A DNA stretch of 27,323 bases from an uncultured Gammaproteobacteria bacterium (GCA_964479305.1 CAYZLE010000001.1:1-27323); one strand, 5' to 3'; shown: positions 1-8,923, numbered from the stretch's first letter. The notes: generated from the sequence alone by a model not told the origin. Made by a program: numbers and translations.

Positions 1-242
1 AAGATATTAAAAGCTTTATGACAGAACGTTATGGCAACTTTGTTTTATACAAACCACCTTTTAATATTAGTACCGTTATTTTATGGCTAGGTCCTTTTCT
101 TTTATTGTTGTTTGGTTTTATATTTTTATATTTTCATATTAAAAAAAGACAAAGCTCTTCTGCTAAGAACGAAACACTTTCTGAAGAAGAAAAAAATAAT
201 TTAAATGCCATCTTAAACCAGCATAAAGGTAATAAAAAATGA
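1..242 (+). CDS. ccmH: Cytochrome c-type biogenesis protein CcmH/CcmL, C-terminal part (5' end outside window)
   Basis: The frame is open from the window edge (DIKSFMTERYGNFVLYKPP...LWLGP), matching the CcmH RYGxFVLYxPP...LWxxP motif plus a TM helix. Its TGA overlaps the ccmI ATG (ATGA, 239-242). Confidence 0.85.
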   Translation, partial: DIKSFMTERYGNFVLYKPPFNISTVILWLGPFLLLLFGFIFLYFHIKKRQSSSAKNETLSEEEKNNLNAILNQHKGNKK

Positions 243-1519
243 GTACTTTTCTATTTGTAGCTATTTGTATTTTATTACTCGGCGTGTCGCTTTTCTTTAT
301 TTTAAAGTCTTTGCTTAATGTAGACTCATCTAAGAACGCTAGCTTAGAGCAAGAGCGCCAAGCGGCAAATATTGCACACTTTGAAAAACAACTTGCTGAC
401 TTTGAAACAAAATTTAAAAACAAAGAACTAAGTGAAGAAGAGTTTAATAGCTATAAACTTGAAACCGAACGCCGCTTACTAAAAAGCACGCAAAGCTCTC
501 AAGATTTAACATCTAACTTAGATGACAAATCTGAAAATAAATCTCCTCTAGTTTTGCTCATAACTATTTGTACGGTTTTACCTTTAGCCTCTATTCTTTT
601 GTATTTGGGCTTGGGCTCTCCGCTTGCTGTTAAAGACCAAGCAACCTCAGCGAAGCCTATAGTTGCTGATCAAAGTGCGCCAGCTACTATTCAAGACGCA
701 TTTAAAAAAATTGAAGATGAATTAAGACGTGACCCTGAAAGCGTGGATGCAAAATTTGCCTTAGGTAATCTTTATTACGCCAATAATCAATTTGAAATGG
801 CGCGTGATGTTTATAAATCTTTATTTGCTCAATTACCCGACCGCCCAGATGTATTAATTGCTTATGCCGAAGCCGAAGCCAGAACACAAAATAATTTCTT
901 TAAAGGTTTGCCTCTCGAGTTAATTGAGCGTGTTATTCAATTAAACCCAACACACAAAAAAGCAAACTGGTTATTAGGTATTGCTGCTTTTCAAGAAAAT
1001 GATACTGACGAGGCTATTAGTATTTGGAAGGAACAATTAAATCGCAGTGACAACACGCCACAAGAATCACAAATGCTAAGCAACATGCTTAAACAAGCCG
1101 GCGCTAGTTCCGAAAAGGCTGTTGCAAGCTCAAGTAAACCAGAAACTGCTACAAGTGAAAATAAAGACTTTAATCAGCCTCATTTAACTGTAAGCGTGTC
1201 TATAAGCCCTAAACTCCAAGGTAAATACTCTGAATCTGATAGTGTTTTCATTTATGCTAAAGCCACCAATGGCCCTGCTGTACCACTTGCTATTCACCGC
1301 ACCACGGTAAGTAAATTGCCTTTAACGCTAACATTAACTGACAATGACGCAATGGCACCACAGTTTACGCTGTCTAAATTTGACTCTGTCGATGTAATTG
1401 CTAGAATATCTAAATCTGGTGAAGCTATTCGCCAGCCTGGCGACTTGATTAATAATCAACAGCCTTCTGTTTCACCTAACGACAAAGTATCTATCACTAT
1501 TGATTCTGTTTTGCCTTAG
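239..1519 (+). CDS. ccmI: c-type cytochrome biogenesis protein CcmI/CycH (two TM segments, TPR region, C-terminal beta domain)
   Basis: N-terminal TM, E-L-E-R-R-L-L-like motif (ETERRLL), second TM (LPLASILLYLGLGSP), TPR-like helices, C-terminal VFIYAKA...PLA...LPLTLTLTD..AM...ARISKSG typical of CcmI; follows ccmH. Confidence 0.85.
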   Translation: MSTFLFVAICILLLGVSLFFILKSLLNVDSSKNASLEQERQAANIAHFEKQLADFETKFKNKELSEEEFNSYKLETERRLLKSTQSSQDLTSNLDDKSENKSPLVLLITICTVLPLASILLYLGLGSPLAVKDQATSAKPIVADQSAPATIQDAFKKIEDELRRDPESVDAKFALGNLYYANNQFEMARDVYKSLFAQLPDRPDVLIAYAEAEARTQNNFFKGLPLELIERVIQLNPTHKKANWLLGIAAFQENDTDEAISIWKEQLNRSDNTPQESQMLSNMLKQAGASSEKAVASSSKPETATSENKDFNQPHLTVSVSISPKLQGKYSESDSVFIYAKATNGPAVPLAIHRTTVSKLPLTLTLTDNDAMAPQFTLSKFDSVDVIARISKSGEAIRQPGDLINNQQPSVSPNDKVSITIDSVLP

Positions 1520-1559
1520 GTTGACCTTAAGTAAGACAATATATGCAGGATTGCAATAG

Positions 1560-2282
1560 ATGAGCATTAACCGCTTAGACTTAGGCGAAAGATCATTTAA
1601 CTCTCGACTTATTATAGATGTAGATAACTTTAATACGCCAGCTGAAACAGCCTGCGCAATTGTTTCATCTGGCGCGGAAATTGTAGCCTTTCCTGCGCGA
1701 AGAACTAATATTGGCCAAATGCCTGACCAGGCTAATTTTTTAGATATTGCCCCTCCTGACAACTACACTTTACTACCCACAACGGCTGGCTCATACGATG
1801 CCAAAAAGGCCGTGCGTACATGTAAATTAACCCGCCAATTATTAGGTGGGCATAATTTGGTTAAGTTGGAAATTTACCAGAATGAGAATTCTCTTGCGCC
1901 GAATATAGACGAAACTATTATTGCAGCCAAGGCACTTGTTGAAGCCGGTTTTGATGTAATTGCTTATACTGATGCCAACCTTGATTCTGCTACACAACTT
2001 CAGGATGCAGGTTGTATAGCGCTTATGCCAAACATGAACTTTCAAACAGGCTCAATCTCAATAGAAGAACATAAAGAGTTTATTAACAGTACCAACATAC
2101 CTGTAATTTTAAGTGGTAAAATTAATTCTACGAGCGAAATTACTCAGGCTATGGAAGTGGGTTGTGACGCTGTTGTTGTAAATTCAATATTAACGCAAGC
2201 TGCTGACTCTATCTTAATGGCATCAGCTAGCAAATCGGCAGTTGAGGCCGGACACCAAGCTTTTCTTGCTAGCGCCAAATAA
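1560..2282 (+). CDS. thiG: Thiazole synthase ThiG homolog with degenerate active-site motifs
   Basis: SGAEIV...RRTNIGQ, LP(T)TAG(S)YDA..AVRTC, GHNLVKLE and GC.A.MP are ThiG hallmarks, and it sits directly before trmB. The GTGKY, IGSGLG and DAG motifs are replaced (see findings). Confidence 0.85.
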   Translation: MSINRLDLGERSFNSRLIIDVDNFNTPAETACAIVSSGAEIVAFPARRTNIGQMPDQANFLDIAPPDNYTLLPTTAGSYDAKKAVRTCKLTRQLLGGHNLVKLEIYQNENSLAPNIDETIIAAKALVEAGFDVIAYTDANLDSATQLQDAGCIALMPNMNFQTGSISIEEHKEFINSTNIPVILSGKINSTSEITQAMEVGCDAVVVNSILTQAADSILMASASKSAVEAGHQAFLASAK

Positions 2283-2304
2283 TTTTTATCTGTACCTATA
2301 ATTT

Positions 2305-2991
2305 ATGTCTAAAATTGAAAACTTTCGCCGTATAAAAAGCTTTGTGCTGCGCGAAGGCCGACTTACCCAGGGGCAACAACGTGCTCTGGACTCTCAGTTT
2401 CCACTCTTTGGTCTGCATTATGACAAAGATAAACGCTTTGACCTCGAGAGCATTTATAAGCGAAGCGCTCCAACCATACTAGAAATTGGCTTTGGCAATG
2501 GTGAGTCTTTGCATACCATGGCCGTCGAACACCCTGATTGGAACTTCCTTGGTATTGAAGTGCATGGTCCTGGTGTAGGAAACCTACTGGTTCAGGTTGA
2601 AGAGTCCGGCATTCAAAATTTACGTGTAATGCGTGATGATGCTGTACCTATTTTGCAAGACTGTATTCCAGATAATAGCTTGGACCGTTTAAACTTATTC
2701 TTCCCGGACCCGTGGCACAAAACCAAGCATTACAAACGTAGACAAGTGCAAGTTGATTGGCTTGAATTAGTGATGAAAAAGCTAAAGCCTGAAGGAATTT
2801 TACACATCGCAACAGATTGGGATGATTATGCTCAACATGTTCGTGCTAAAATAAAAGAACACGCTAAGTTTGTTTTAGTTGAAGATCAAGGCGACATTAA
2901 AGCCTGGCTAGAACGCCCAACAACTAAATTTGAAATTCGCGGCCTTAAACTCGGCCATAACATCACAGATTTAGCTTACAAAAAACCTTAA
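2305..2991 (+). CDS. trmB: tRNA (guanine-N7)-methyltransferase TrmB
   Basis: IKSFVLREGRLT, LEIGFGNG, FLGIEVH, FFPDPWHK..HYKRR, HIATDW..YA, RPTTKFE motifs. Confidence 0.95.
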   Translation: MSKIENFRRIKSFVLREGRLTQGQQRALDSQFPLFGLHYDKDKRFDLESIYKRSAPTILEIGFGNGESLHTMAVEHPDWNFLGIEVHGPGVGNLLVQVEESGIQNLRVMRDDAVPILQDCIPDNSLDRLNLFFPDPWHKTKHYKRRQVQVDWLELVMKKLKPEGILHIATDWDDYAQHVRAKIKEHAKFVLVEDQGDIKAWLERPTTKFEIRGLKLGHNITDLAYKKP

Positions 2992-3012
2992 ATAAGCATT
3001 AGGAGATAGAAA

Positions 3013-4824
3013 TTGTCGATTACCCCTGAGATTTTAGTTATGTTGTCTCTGCTTGGGTTAACAATTTTCATCTTTACTAAAGAGGTAGTGCGCATTGATA
3101 TTGCCGCCCTGCTTATCTTAGTTATTCTTGGTCTTGTTGGTCTGATACCTGGCCTAGAAGACATGATCTCAGAAGACATCCTGTTTAGCGGCTTCTCTAG
3201 TAATGCCGTTATTGCCATTATGGCGGTGATGATTCTTGGCGCTGGAATGGACAAAACAGGCGTACTCAATAGCGTTGCCAAATATATCAGCCGAAAAGGC
3301 AAAACCGAAAAACGCCTTACCTTTCTTACAGGTACCTCAGTAGGTGTAATTTCTAGCGTTATGCAAAACACAGGCGCTGCTGCTTTATTTATTCCTGTAG
3401 TAAGCCGTATAGCCTCACGTACCGGTATGCCATTACGTCGCCTGCTAATGCCTATGGGTTGTTGCGCGATTACTGGTGGCACCATGACAATGGTGGGCTC
3501 TAGCCCTCTTATCCTACTAAACGATTTATTACCAAATGACATGGAGCCTTTTGGGCTGTTTTCAGTAACGCCAATTGGTATATGTTTACTAACAGCAGCT
3601 ATCTGTTATTTTTTGTTTCTAGGCAAATATGTACTACCGAAGAAAGAAAAGAAAAGCAGCAAGCATTTAAGTGCCGCGAGTTACTTTAACAAGGTATATG
3701 GCCTTAACTCTCATATTTACGAACTTGATGTAGGACCGGAAAGCGCTCTAACGGGTAAAAGCATCGAGCATATCGAAAATGTATTTGGTTTACGCGTTAT
3801 TGCAGCACAAGTCGGCAATGAAAGTCGTATTGCACCATCTAGAGATGTCTTAATTGAAGGCAATAAGTCTATCGCCATTATTGGTGGTACAAATGTGATA
3901 TCACAGCTAGAAGAAGATCCGTATATTACTATTCATAAATCAACTCGTATTTTTTCTGATCAGCTCAGCCCACTTACTGCGGGTATGGCAGAAGTCCTTA
4001 TTCCACCCAACTCAGAACTGATCGGTAAAACTCCAGCTGAATTGGTTATGCGTTCTACTTTTGGTCTAACAGTACTGAGTATTCGTCGCGGTGAAAAAAA
4101 CATCTTTGACGAAATTCGTTCTACCGAACTACAAGCAGGCGACACTCTTGTTTGTCACACAACGTGGAATCAATTAGCACGTCTACTTAAGAATCGTGAC
4201 TTTGTTGTTATAACGCGTAACTTCCCGCACGAACAACAACGCCCAAATAAACTTAAACAAGCCACCGCGTCTATCCTTGTCGCCTTTGGTTTAGTTTTCT
4301 TTACCGACGTGCCTCTAGCCCTAGCACTTATGACCGGCGCAGTTGGGATGGTATTAACCGGCGTTATGCGAATTGATGAGGCCTATGAAGCCATTAGTTG
4401 GAAAACTGTATTCTTGCTTGCCAGCCTTATTCCTTTAGGTGCAGCCGTGCAATCAACAGGAACAGCTGCGTGGATCGCTTTCCATATACTAGAAAACTTT
4501 TCTGGCGTTCCCGAAATTGTTTTGCAGTTTACTGTAGCCATCACTACTATTTTCTTTACCTTGCTAATGACCAATGTGGGCGCAACCATTATTGCCGTGC
4601 CGTTAGCCATTACCATTGCACAAGCTAGTGGCTACTCACCCGAGCTGTTCGCACTTATTGCTGCCTTATCCGCATCTAATGCTTTCATTTTACCTACCCA
4701 CCAAGTCAGCGCGTTGATTATGGGTCCGGGTAATTATTCTGTGAAAGACTTTATGCGAGCAGGTGGCGGTTTAACCGTGCTGCTTATGGTGGTGCTTATT
4801 ATTGTTTTAAACATACTATACTAA
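3013..4824 (+). CDS. SLC13/CitMHS-type permease with two central TrkA-C (RCK_C) domains
   Basis: TTG start with AGGAG at 3001-3005. Hydrophobic N- and C-terminal blocks ([47 protein letters not shown]) flank two soluble RCK_C-like repeats. Confidence 0.85.
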   Translation: MSITPEILVMLSLLGLTIFIFTKEVVRIDIAALLILVILGLVGLIPGLEDMISEDILFSGFSSNAVIAIMAVMILGAGMDKTGVLNSVAKYISRKGKTEKRLTFLTGTSVGVISSVMQNTGAAALFIPVVSRIASRTGMPLRRLLMPMGCCAITGGTMTMVGSSPLILLNDLLPNDMEPFGLFSVTPIGICLLTAAICYFLFLGKYVLPKKEKKSSKHLSAASYFNKVYGLNSHIYELDVGPESALTGKSIEHIENVFGLRVIAAQVGNESRIAPSRDVLIEGNKSIAIIGGTNVISQLEEDPYITIHKSTRIFSDQLSPLTAGMAEVLIPPNSELIGKTPAELVMRSTFGLTVLSIRRGEKNIFDEIRSTELQAGDTLVCHTTWNQLARLLKNRDFVVITRNFPHEQQRPNKLKQATASILVAFGLVFFTDVPLALALMTGAVGMVLTGVMRIDEAYEAISWKTVFLLASLIPLGAAVQSTGTAAWIAFHILENFSGVPEIVLQFTVAITTIFFTLLMTNVGATIIAVPLAITIAQASGYSPELFALIAALSASNAFILPTHQVSALIMGPGNYSVKDFMRAGGGLTVLLMVVLIIVLNILY

Positions 4825-4828
4825 ATTT

Positions 4829-5158
4829 ATGTCTCTACCCGCCTGTCCAAAATGTAACTCCGAATATACTTACGAAGATTCACCTCTATACATTTGCCCA
4901 GAGTGTGGACATGAGTGGCCACAAGATTCTGCTGAAGAAGATACTGTTGTAATCAAAGATTCAAACGGTAACACGCTTAATGATGGTGACAGCGTAACGG
5001 TAATTAAAGACCTTAAAATTAAAGGTTCATCTTCAGTAGTTAAAGTGGGCACCAAGGTTAAAAATATTCGCCTTGTTGATGGAGACCATGACATCGACTG
5101 CAAAATTGATGGCATTGGCGCCATGAAGCTCAAATCACAATTCGTTAAAAAAATCTAA
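4829..5158 (+). CDS. yjdM: PhnA/YjdM zinc-ribbon domain protein
   Basis: CPKC...CPEC.HEW zinc ribbon, then [20 protein letters not shown]...[11 protein letters not shown]...[20 protein letters not shown]. Confidence 0.9.
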   Translation: MSLPACPKCNSEYTYEDSPLYICPECGHEWPQDSAEEDTVVIKDSNGNTLNDGDSVTVIKDLKIKGSSSVVKVGTKVKNIRLVDGDHDIDCKIDGIGAMKLKSQFVKKI

Positions 5159-5164
5159 AATAGC

Positions 5165-5192
5165 TTGCTTTTCATTTTTATTGGCCTATAGT
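5165..5192 (+). promoter_or_regulatory. Candidate sigma70 promoter for the leader/EamA unit
   Basis: TTGCTT (5165-5170), 16 bp, TATAGT (5187-5192), then a GC-only 7-mer CGGGCCC and the ATG at 5200. Pattern match only. Confidence 0.4.
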
Positions 5193-5199
5193 CGGGCCC

Positions 5200-5286
5200 A
5201 TGAAATTTTATACATTAAAACCTGTCGCACGAATTAATACAGCTTGGCTGATGGCCAAGAGGTTCTGCTGTGCGTACGTGACTTAA
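5200..5286 (+). CDS. Putative 28-aa leader peptide MKFYTLKPVARINTAWLMAKRFCCAYVT
   Basis: Translated by hand (below the ORF-track cutoff). Tandem Cys codons TGC TGT at 5266-5271. It lies between a candidate promoter and a terminator that precedes the EamA gene. Confidence 0.5.
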   Translation: MKFYTLKPVARINTAWLMAKRFCCAYVT

Positions 5287-5313
5287 TGTTAAATTAATTA
5301 AGACCCATTTTTT

Positions 5314-5347
5314 AGCCGCAGCTTCACAAGAACTGCGGCTTTTTTTT
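5314..5347 (+). terminator. Rho-independent terminator / putative attenuator
   Basis: AGCCGCAG-c-TTC / ACAA loop / GAA-CTGCGGCT stem followed by a T8 run (5340-5347), about 40 nt before the EamA ATG. Confidence 0.85.
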
Positions 5348-5386
5348 CGCCGCGATTTTGTAAGCTACTTTTATACAGGATATATT

Positions 5387-6286
5387 ATGAAAATCGCTTT
5401 AGCTTATATTAGCGTCATAATAATTTGGAGCACGACTCCTTTAGGAATAACATTCAGCATTAGTGATGGAGATATTTTATTTCCATTAATTGTGCGTATG
5501 ATTATTGGTTTATTACTTAGCTTAATTTTTTTGGCTTTTGTTAATCAACGCATCACTTTTAGTAAAGATGCTATCGCAACTTATGCTGCTTCAGCTTTAG
5601 GTGTGTGTGGCGCTATGCTTGTTACGTATTGGTCGGCGCAGTATGTTCCTTCTGGTCTGATTTCCGTGCTTTACGGTTTATCGCCTATTCTTGCGGGAAT
5701 ATATGCTGTTCCAATATTGAACGAATCTTTTTTATCTAAGCGTAAATTAATAGGCATTACTTTAGCGCTTGTTGGCTTGCTCATTATTTTTATTGATGAC
5801 CTTATAATTAACGACGAAAGTAGCGGCCTTAAAGGTGTTCTTGGAATAATTGTAGCTGTTAATTTATACGCCATGAGTACAGTACTAATTAAGCGTATAA
5901 ATAGCCAGGTATCTGCTGTATCAATTAATGCAGGAGCCTTACTGTTATCTATGCCTATTTTTGCTTTAGCATTTTTTAGTAGCAACAGTAGTATTCCTGT
6001 TGCGCCATCAAACACCTCCGTTTACGCCATTATATATCTGGGTATTTTTGGTTCATTTTTTGGTTTTGTTGCTTATTTTTATATTTTAAAAAACTTGTCA
6101 GCAACTAGCGTAATGCTAATACCTTTAATAACACCGGTATTCGCTTTAATTTTAGGTAATATTATTAATAATGAAGCCTTAACTTTTCATATTGTTTTAG
6201 GGGCATTCTTTGTTTTAAGTGGTTTGCTGGTTTATCAAGTTAAAAATTCTTATATAAATAATATTAGTAACAAGCTTAATTTTTAA
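5387..6286 (+). CDS. DMT/EamA-family transporter (two EamA repeats, about 10 TM)
   Basis: AY..VI.IWSTTPL, Y.P.SGLISVLYGLSP, YLGIFGS..GF..YF..L, LITPV.AL.LG motifs. RBS CAGGA at 5376-5380. Confidence 0.9.
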   Translation: MKIALAYISVIIIWSTTPLGITFSISDGDILFPLIVRMIIGLLLSLIFLAFVNQRITFSKDAIATYAASALGVCGAMLVTYWSAQYVPSGLISVLYGLSPILAGIYAVPILNESFLSKRKLIGITLALVGLLIIFIDDLIINDESSGLKGVLGIIVAVNLYAMSTVLIKRINSQVSAVSINAGALLLSMPIFALAFFSSNSSIPVAPSNTSVYAIIYLGIFGSFFGFVAYFYILKNLSATSVMLIPLITPVFALILGNIINNEALTFHIVLGAFFVLSGLLVYQVKNSYINNISNKLNF

Positions 6287-6293
6287 GGACCAT

Positions 6294-6324
6294 AAAAAAG
6301 GCTCATTACAAAATGAGCCTTTTT
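6294..6324. terminator. Bidirectional intrinsic terminator between the convergent EamA and DUF1456 genes
   Basis: AAAAAA-GGCTCATT-acaa-AATGAGCC-TTTTT. Confidence 0.85.
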
Positions 6325-6340
6325 CTAATTCGGAGAAGTT

Positions 6341-6850
6341 TTATATTTTGTACGGAGAGTTAGGGTCTCTTTCTTCTTTTGCTTCATCAAGATCTTTACG
6401 AAACTGCAGTTGTAATCCATTTAAAAAATTACGCAGAATTTGATCCTTACATTCGCGGTAATGTTTATGGCCTGGTTTTCTAAACAAAGCACTAAGCTCG
6501 TGCTTACCAAAGTTAAAATCTGATAAAGCAAGTATGTCTAAAATATCTTCGGCTTTTAAATTAAAGGCAATTTTTAATTTTGTAAAAATAATATTGTTAT
6601 TTATTTTTTTCTCAGCAACAGGTTGCGGCCCTTCACGTTTGCCACGTTTATCAATAATTAAGCCGTTTAGGAAACTAGCCAAGTTAAAATCACTGCAACT
6701 TTTATAGTCTTCATCGTCATCTTTTTTTAACCAGCTACTTAATTCTTTGCGCGATACTTTTAATTCAGCATTAGAAAATAGGCTCATCATTTTGTCATCA
6801 CCATAGTCAAAAATATAGCGCACTCTTCTTAATACATCATTATTGGTCAT
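6341..6850 (-). CDS. DUF1456 family (YehS-like) protein
   Basis: MTNNDVLRR.RY.FD, FLNGLI..KRG, NN.IF.KLKIA..L, KHELSA.FRK..HK.YREC.DQ.LRNFL.GL. Confidence 0.9.
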   Translation of the reverse strand: MTNNDVLRRVRYIFDYGDDKMMSLFSNAELKVSRKELSSWLKKDDDEDYKSCSDFNLASFLNGLIIDKRGKREGPQPVAEKKINNNIIFTKLKIAFNLKAEDILDILALSDFNFGKHELSALFRKPGHKHYRECKDQILRNFLNGLQLQFRKDLDEAKEERDPNSPYKI

Positions 6851-6891
6851 TTAATATTTCTCTTAACTTTATCGTGTATGGTTAGGTTAAT

Positions 6892-7386
6892 TTATTTTGT
6901 TTCAACAAACTGATATTTATCGTAATCTTTTTTACACTTATCTGGGTCAAATACTTTGCCGTGCATAACAATGTAAACACCTGCACTTAAGGTTTGAACA
7001 GCCATCACCGCCGAACCAACATTAAAAATCGCGTCAGAATTTTCTAGTAGCCTAGGAGTCATTGCACCTGTAAGCACAATCGTTTTTTTATCAAAACTTT
7101 TTAACTCTTGTGCGGTATCAATCAAAGTATCGGTGCCGTGTGTAATTATTATTTTATTATTGTCTATTTTACTTACGGCTTTTTTAATTTGGCTTCTTTC
7201 TTCCGCCTTAATATTTATGCTGTCTTTGCGCATAAGTTCTATATGTTCAAACTCTATGCTTGCATTACCCTGTTTTAGAATGGGTAAAATTTGTGGCGCA
7301 CCAATCTGCTCATCAATGTCACTTACAAATTGATATTTATCAATAGTGCCACCACAACTTAGAAGGGTTATTTTTTTGTTTGTCAT
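6892..7386 (-). CDS. Short, single-domain asparaginase-family protein
   Basis: GGTIDK, RKDS, ITHGTDT and VLTGAM motifs in only 164 aa. Its ATG overlaps the argH stop (TAATG). Confidence 0.8.
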   Translation of the reverse strand: MTNKKITLLSCGGTIDKYQFVSDIDEQIGAPQILPILKQGNASIEFEHIELMRKDSINIKAEERSQIKKAVSKIDNNKIIITHGTDTLIDTAQELKSFDKKTIVLTGAMTPRLLENSDAIFNVGSAVMAVQTLSAGVYIVMHGKVFDPDKCKKDYDKYQFVETK

Positions 7387-8771
7387 TAACTTAAAAGTTT
7401 TTTCGCTTCTACAATTCTAGCTTGCACTTGTGCTGGTGCCGTTCCACCAATATGGTGGCGTGCTTTTAAAGAACCTTCAAGTGTTAGCACTTCAAATACG
7501 TCGCTAGTTATTTTTTCATTATAGCTTTGTAGTTGCTCTAAACTCATTTCACTTAAGTCGATATTTTTATCTTCACAATAGGCAACAGCACTACCAACAA
7601 TTTCATGCGCATCTCTAAACGGAATACCTTTTTTAACAAGATAATCTGCGAGGTCTGTTGCTGTTGCAAAACCTTTTGCTGCAGCCGCTTTCATGTTGTC
7701 TTTGTTAACTTGAATGTTTGGAACCATGTCTGCAAATGCGCGTAAGCAATCATGCAGTGTATCGATTGAATCAAACAGTGGCTCTTTGTCTTCTTGGTTA
7801 TCTTTGTTATAAGCCAAAGGCTGCGACTTCATTAATGTTAATAAGTTAATTAAGTTGCCGTTTGTTCTACCCGCTTTACCACGAACAAGTTCTGGCACGT
7901 CTGGGTTTTTCTTTTGCGGCATAATTGAAGAGCCTGTGCAAAAGCGATCTGGCAATTGAATAAAGCTAAATTGTTGTGAAGACCAAATTACTAATTCTTC
8001 AGACTGCCTTGAAAGGTGCATTAGGCAAGTTGCTGCAATACTGCAAAACTCAATAGCAAAATCACGGTCACTTACTGCATCCAAGGAGTTTAATGTTACG
8101 CCATCAAAACCAAGTTGTTCAGCGACAAACTCACGATCAATAGGGTATGTTGTGCCCGCTAAAGCAGCAGAGCCTAATGGTAGTTTGTTAAGACGTTTAC
8201 GACAGTCATTTAATCTATCAGCATCGCGGCCTAACATTTCATACCATGCCATTATGTGATGAGCAAAGCTAACAGGCTGCGCAACTTGTAAGTGAGTAAA
8301 GCCTGGCATGATAGTTTCGGTGTGAGACTCTGCTAGCTGAACATAGCCCTGTTGTAAGCGTGTCATTTGCGCGCTAATTGCATCTATAGCATCGCGAAGA
8401 TACAGGCGTACGTCAGTGGCAACCTGGTCGTTTCTAGAACGGCCCGTGTGAAGTTTTTTACCAACATCACCTATCTTTTTAGTTAAGGCAGCTTCGATGT
8501 TCATGTGAACATCTTCTAGCTCTACCGACCAATTAAACTCGCCGTTTTCAATACTCTTTTGAATATCTTCTAGACCAGAACAAATTTCTGCAGCTTCATC
8601 TTTCGTTAATACTCCTACTTTCGCCAACATGGTTGCATGCGCTATTGAGCCCGCAATATCTTGCTTGTACATGCGTTGATCAAACTCAACACTAGCGGTA
8701 AATGCTTCAACAAATGCGTCGGTGTTCTCCGAAAACCGACCGCCCCATAATTTTTGTTCACTTTGGCTCAT
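7386..8771 (-). CDS. argH: Argininosuccinate lyase
   Basis: [59 protein letters not shown]. Confidence 0.97.
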   Translation of the reverse strand: MSQSEQKLWGGRFSENTDAFVEAFTASVEFDQRMYKQDIAGSIAHATMLAKVGVLTKDEAAEICSGLEDIQKSIENGEFNWSVELEDVHMNIEAALTKKIGDVGKKLHTGRSRNDQVATDVRLYLRDAIDAISAQMTRLQQGYVQLAESHTETIMPGFTHLQVAQPVSFAHHIMAWYEMLGRDADRLNDCRKRLNKLPLGSAALAGTTYPIDREFVAEQLGFDGVTLNSLDAVSDRDFAIEFCSIAATCLMHLSRQSEELVIWSSQQFSFIQLPDRFCTGSSIMPQKKNPDVPELVRGKAGRTNGNLINLLTLMKSQPLAYNKDNQEDKEPLFDSIDTLHDCLRAFADMVPNIQVNKDNMKAAAAKGFATATDLADYLVKKGIPFRDAHEIVGSAVAYCEDKNIDLSEMSLEQLQSYNEKITSDVFEVLTLEGSLKARHHIGGTAPAQVQARIVEAKKLLS

Positions 8772-8872
8772 GCGTGTAACTCTTAATTAATTAAATTTAT
8801 GCTTATATTATAGGTGAAAGCCACTTGTTTAGGCTCTTTTCCTTTTATTTTCCTTTAAAAGTCGTGTTTTTT

Positions 8873-8901
8873 TTGACTATTAGAATGCCGCAGCTGATAA
8901 T
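8873..8901 (+). promoter_or_regulatory. Candidate sigma70 promoter for fimS-algR
   Basis: TTGACT (8873-8878), 17 bp, GATAAT (8896-8901), followed by a purine-rich RBS (GAGAGAGGG, 8908-8916) and an in-frame TTG at 8924. Confidence 0.5.
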
Positions 8902-8923
8902 ACAGTCGAGAGAGGGAAAAATA

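Noticed and set aside
1543-1563. Mini-ORF MQDCNR whose TGA overlaps the thiG-like ATG
   Set aside because: Six codons with no RBS; expected by chance.
2297-2310. TATAAT before trmB, and AATTTATGTCT shared by the trmB and yjdM starts (2300-2310, 4824-4834)
   Set aside because: The hexamer is only 2 nt from the ATG, too close for a promoter. The shared 11-mer includes Met-Ser codons and is low complexity.
2988-3542. 184-aa antisense ORF, and the other short antisense or overlapping ORFs in the track (e.g. 163-423, 1472-1762, 5671-6015, 10970-11404, 16029-16265, 26303-26677)
   Set aside because: Shadow frames of well-supported genes, with no motifs or RBS.
8783-8812. Possible ARG box or promoter upstream of argH
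   Set aside because: AT-rich with a TATAAT on the minus strand, but a poor match to the ArgR consensus and no -35.
8825-8923. N-terminal extension of FimS
   Set aside because: It overlaps a good -35/-10 pair, and the RBS supports TTG 8924.
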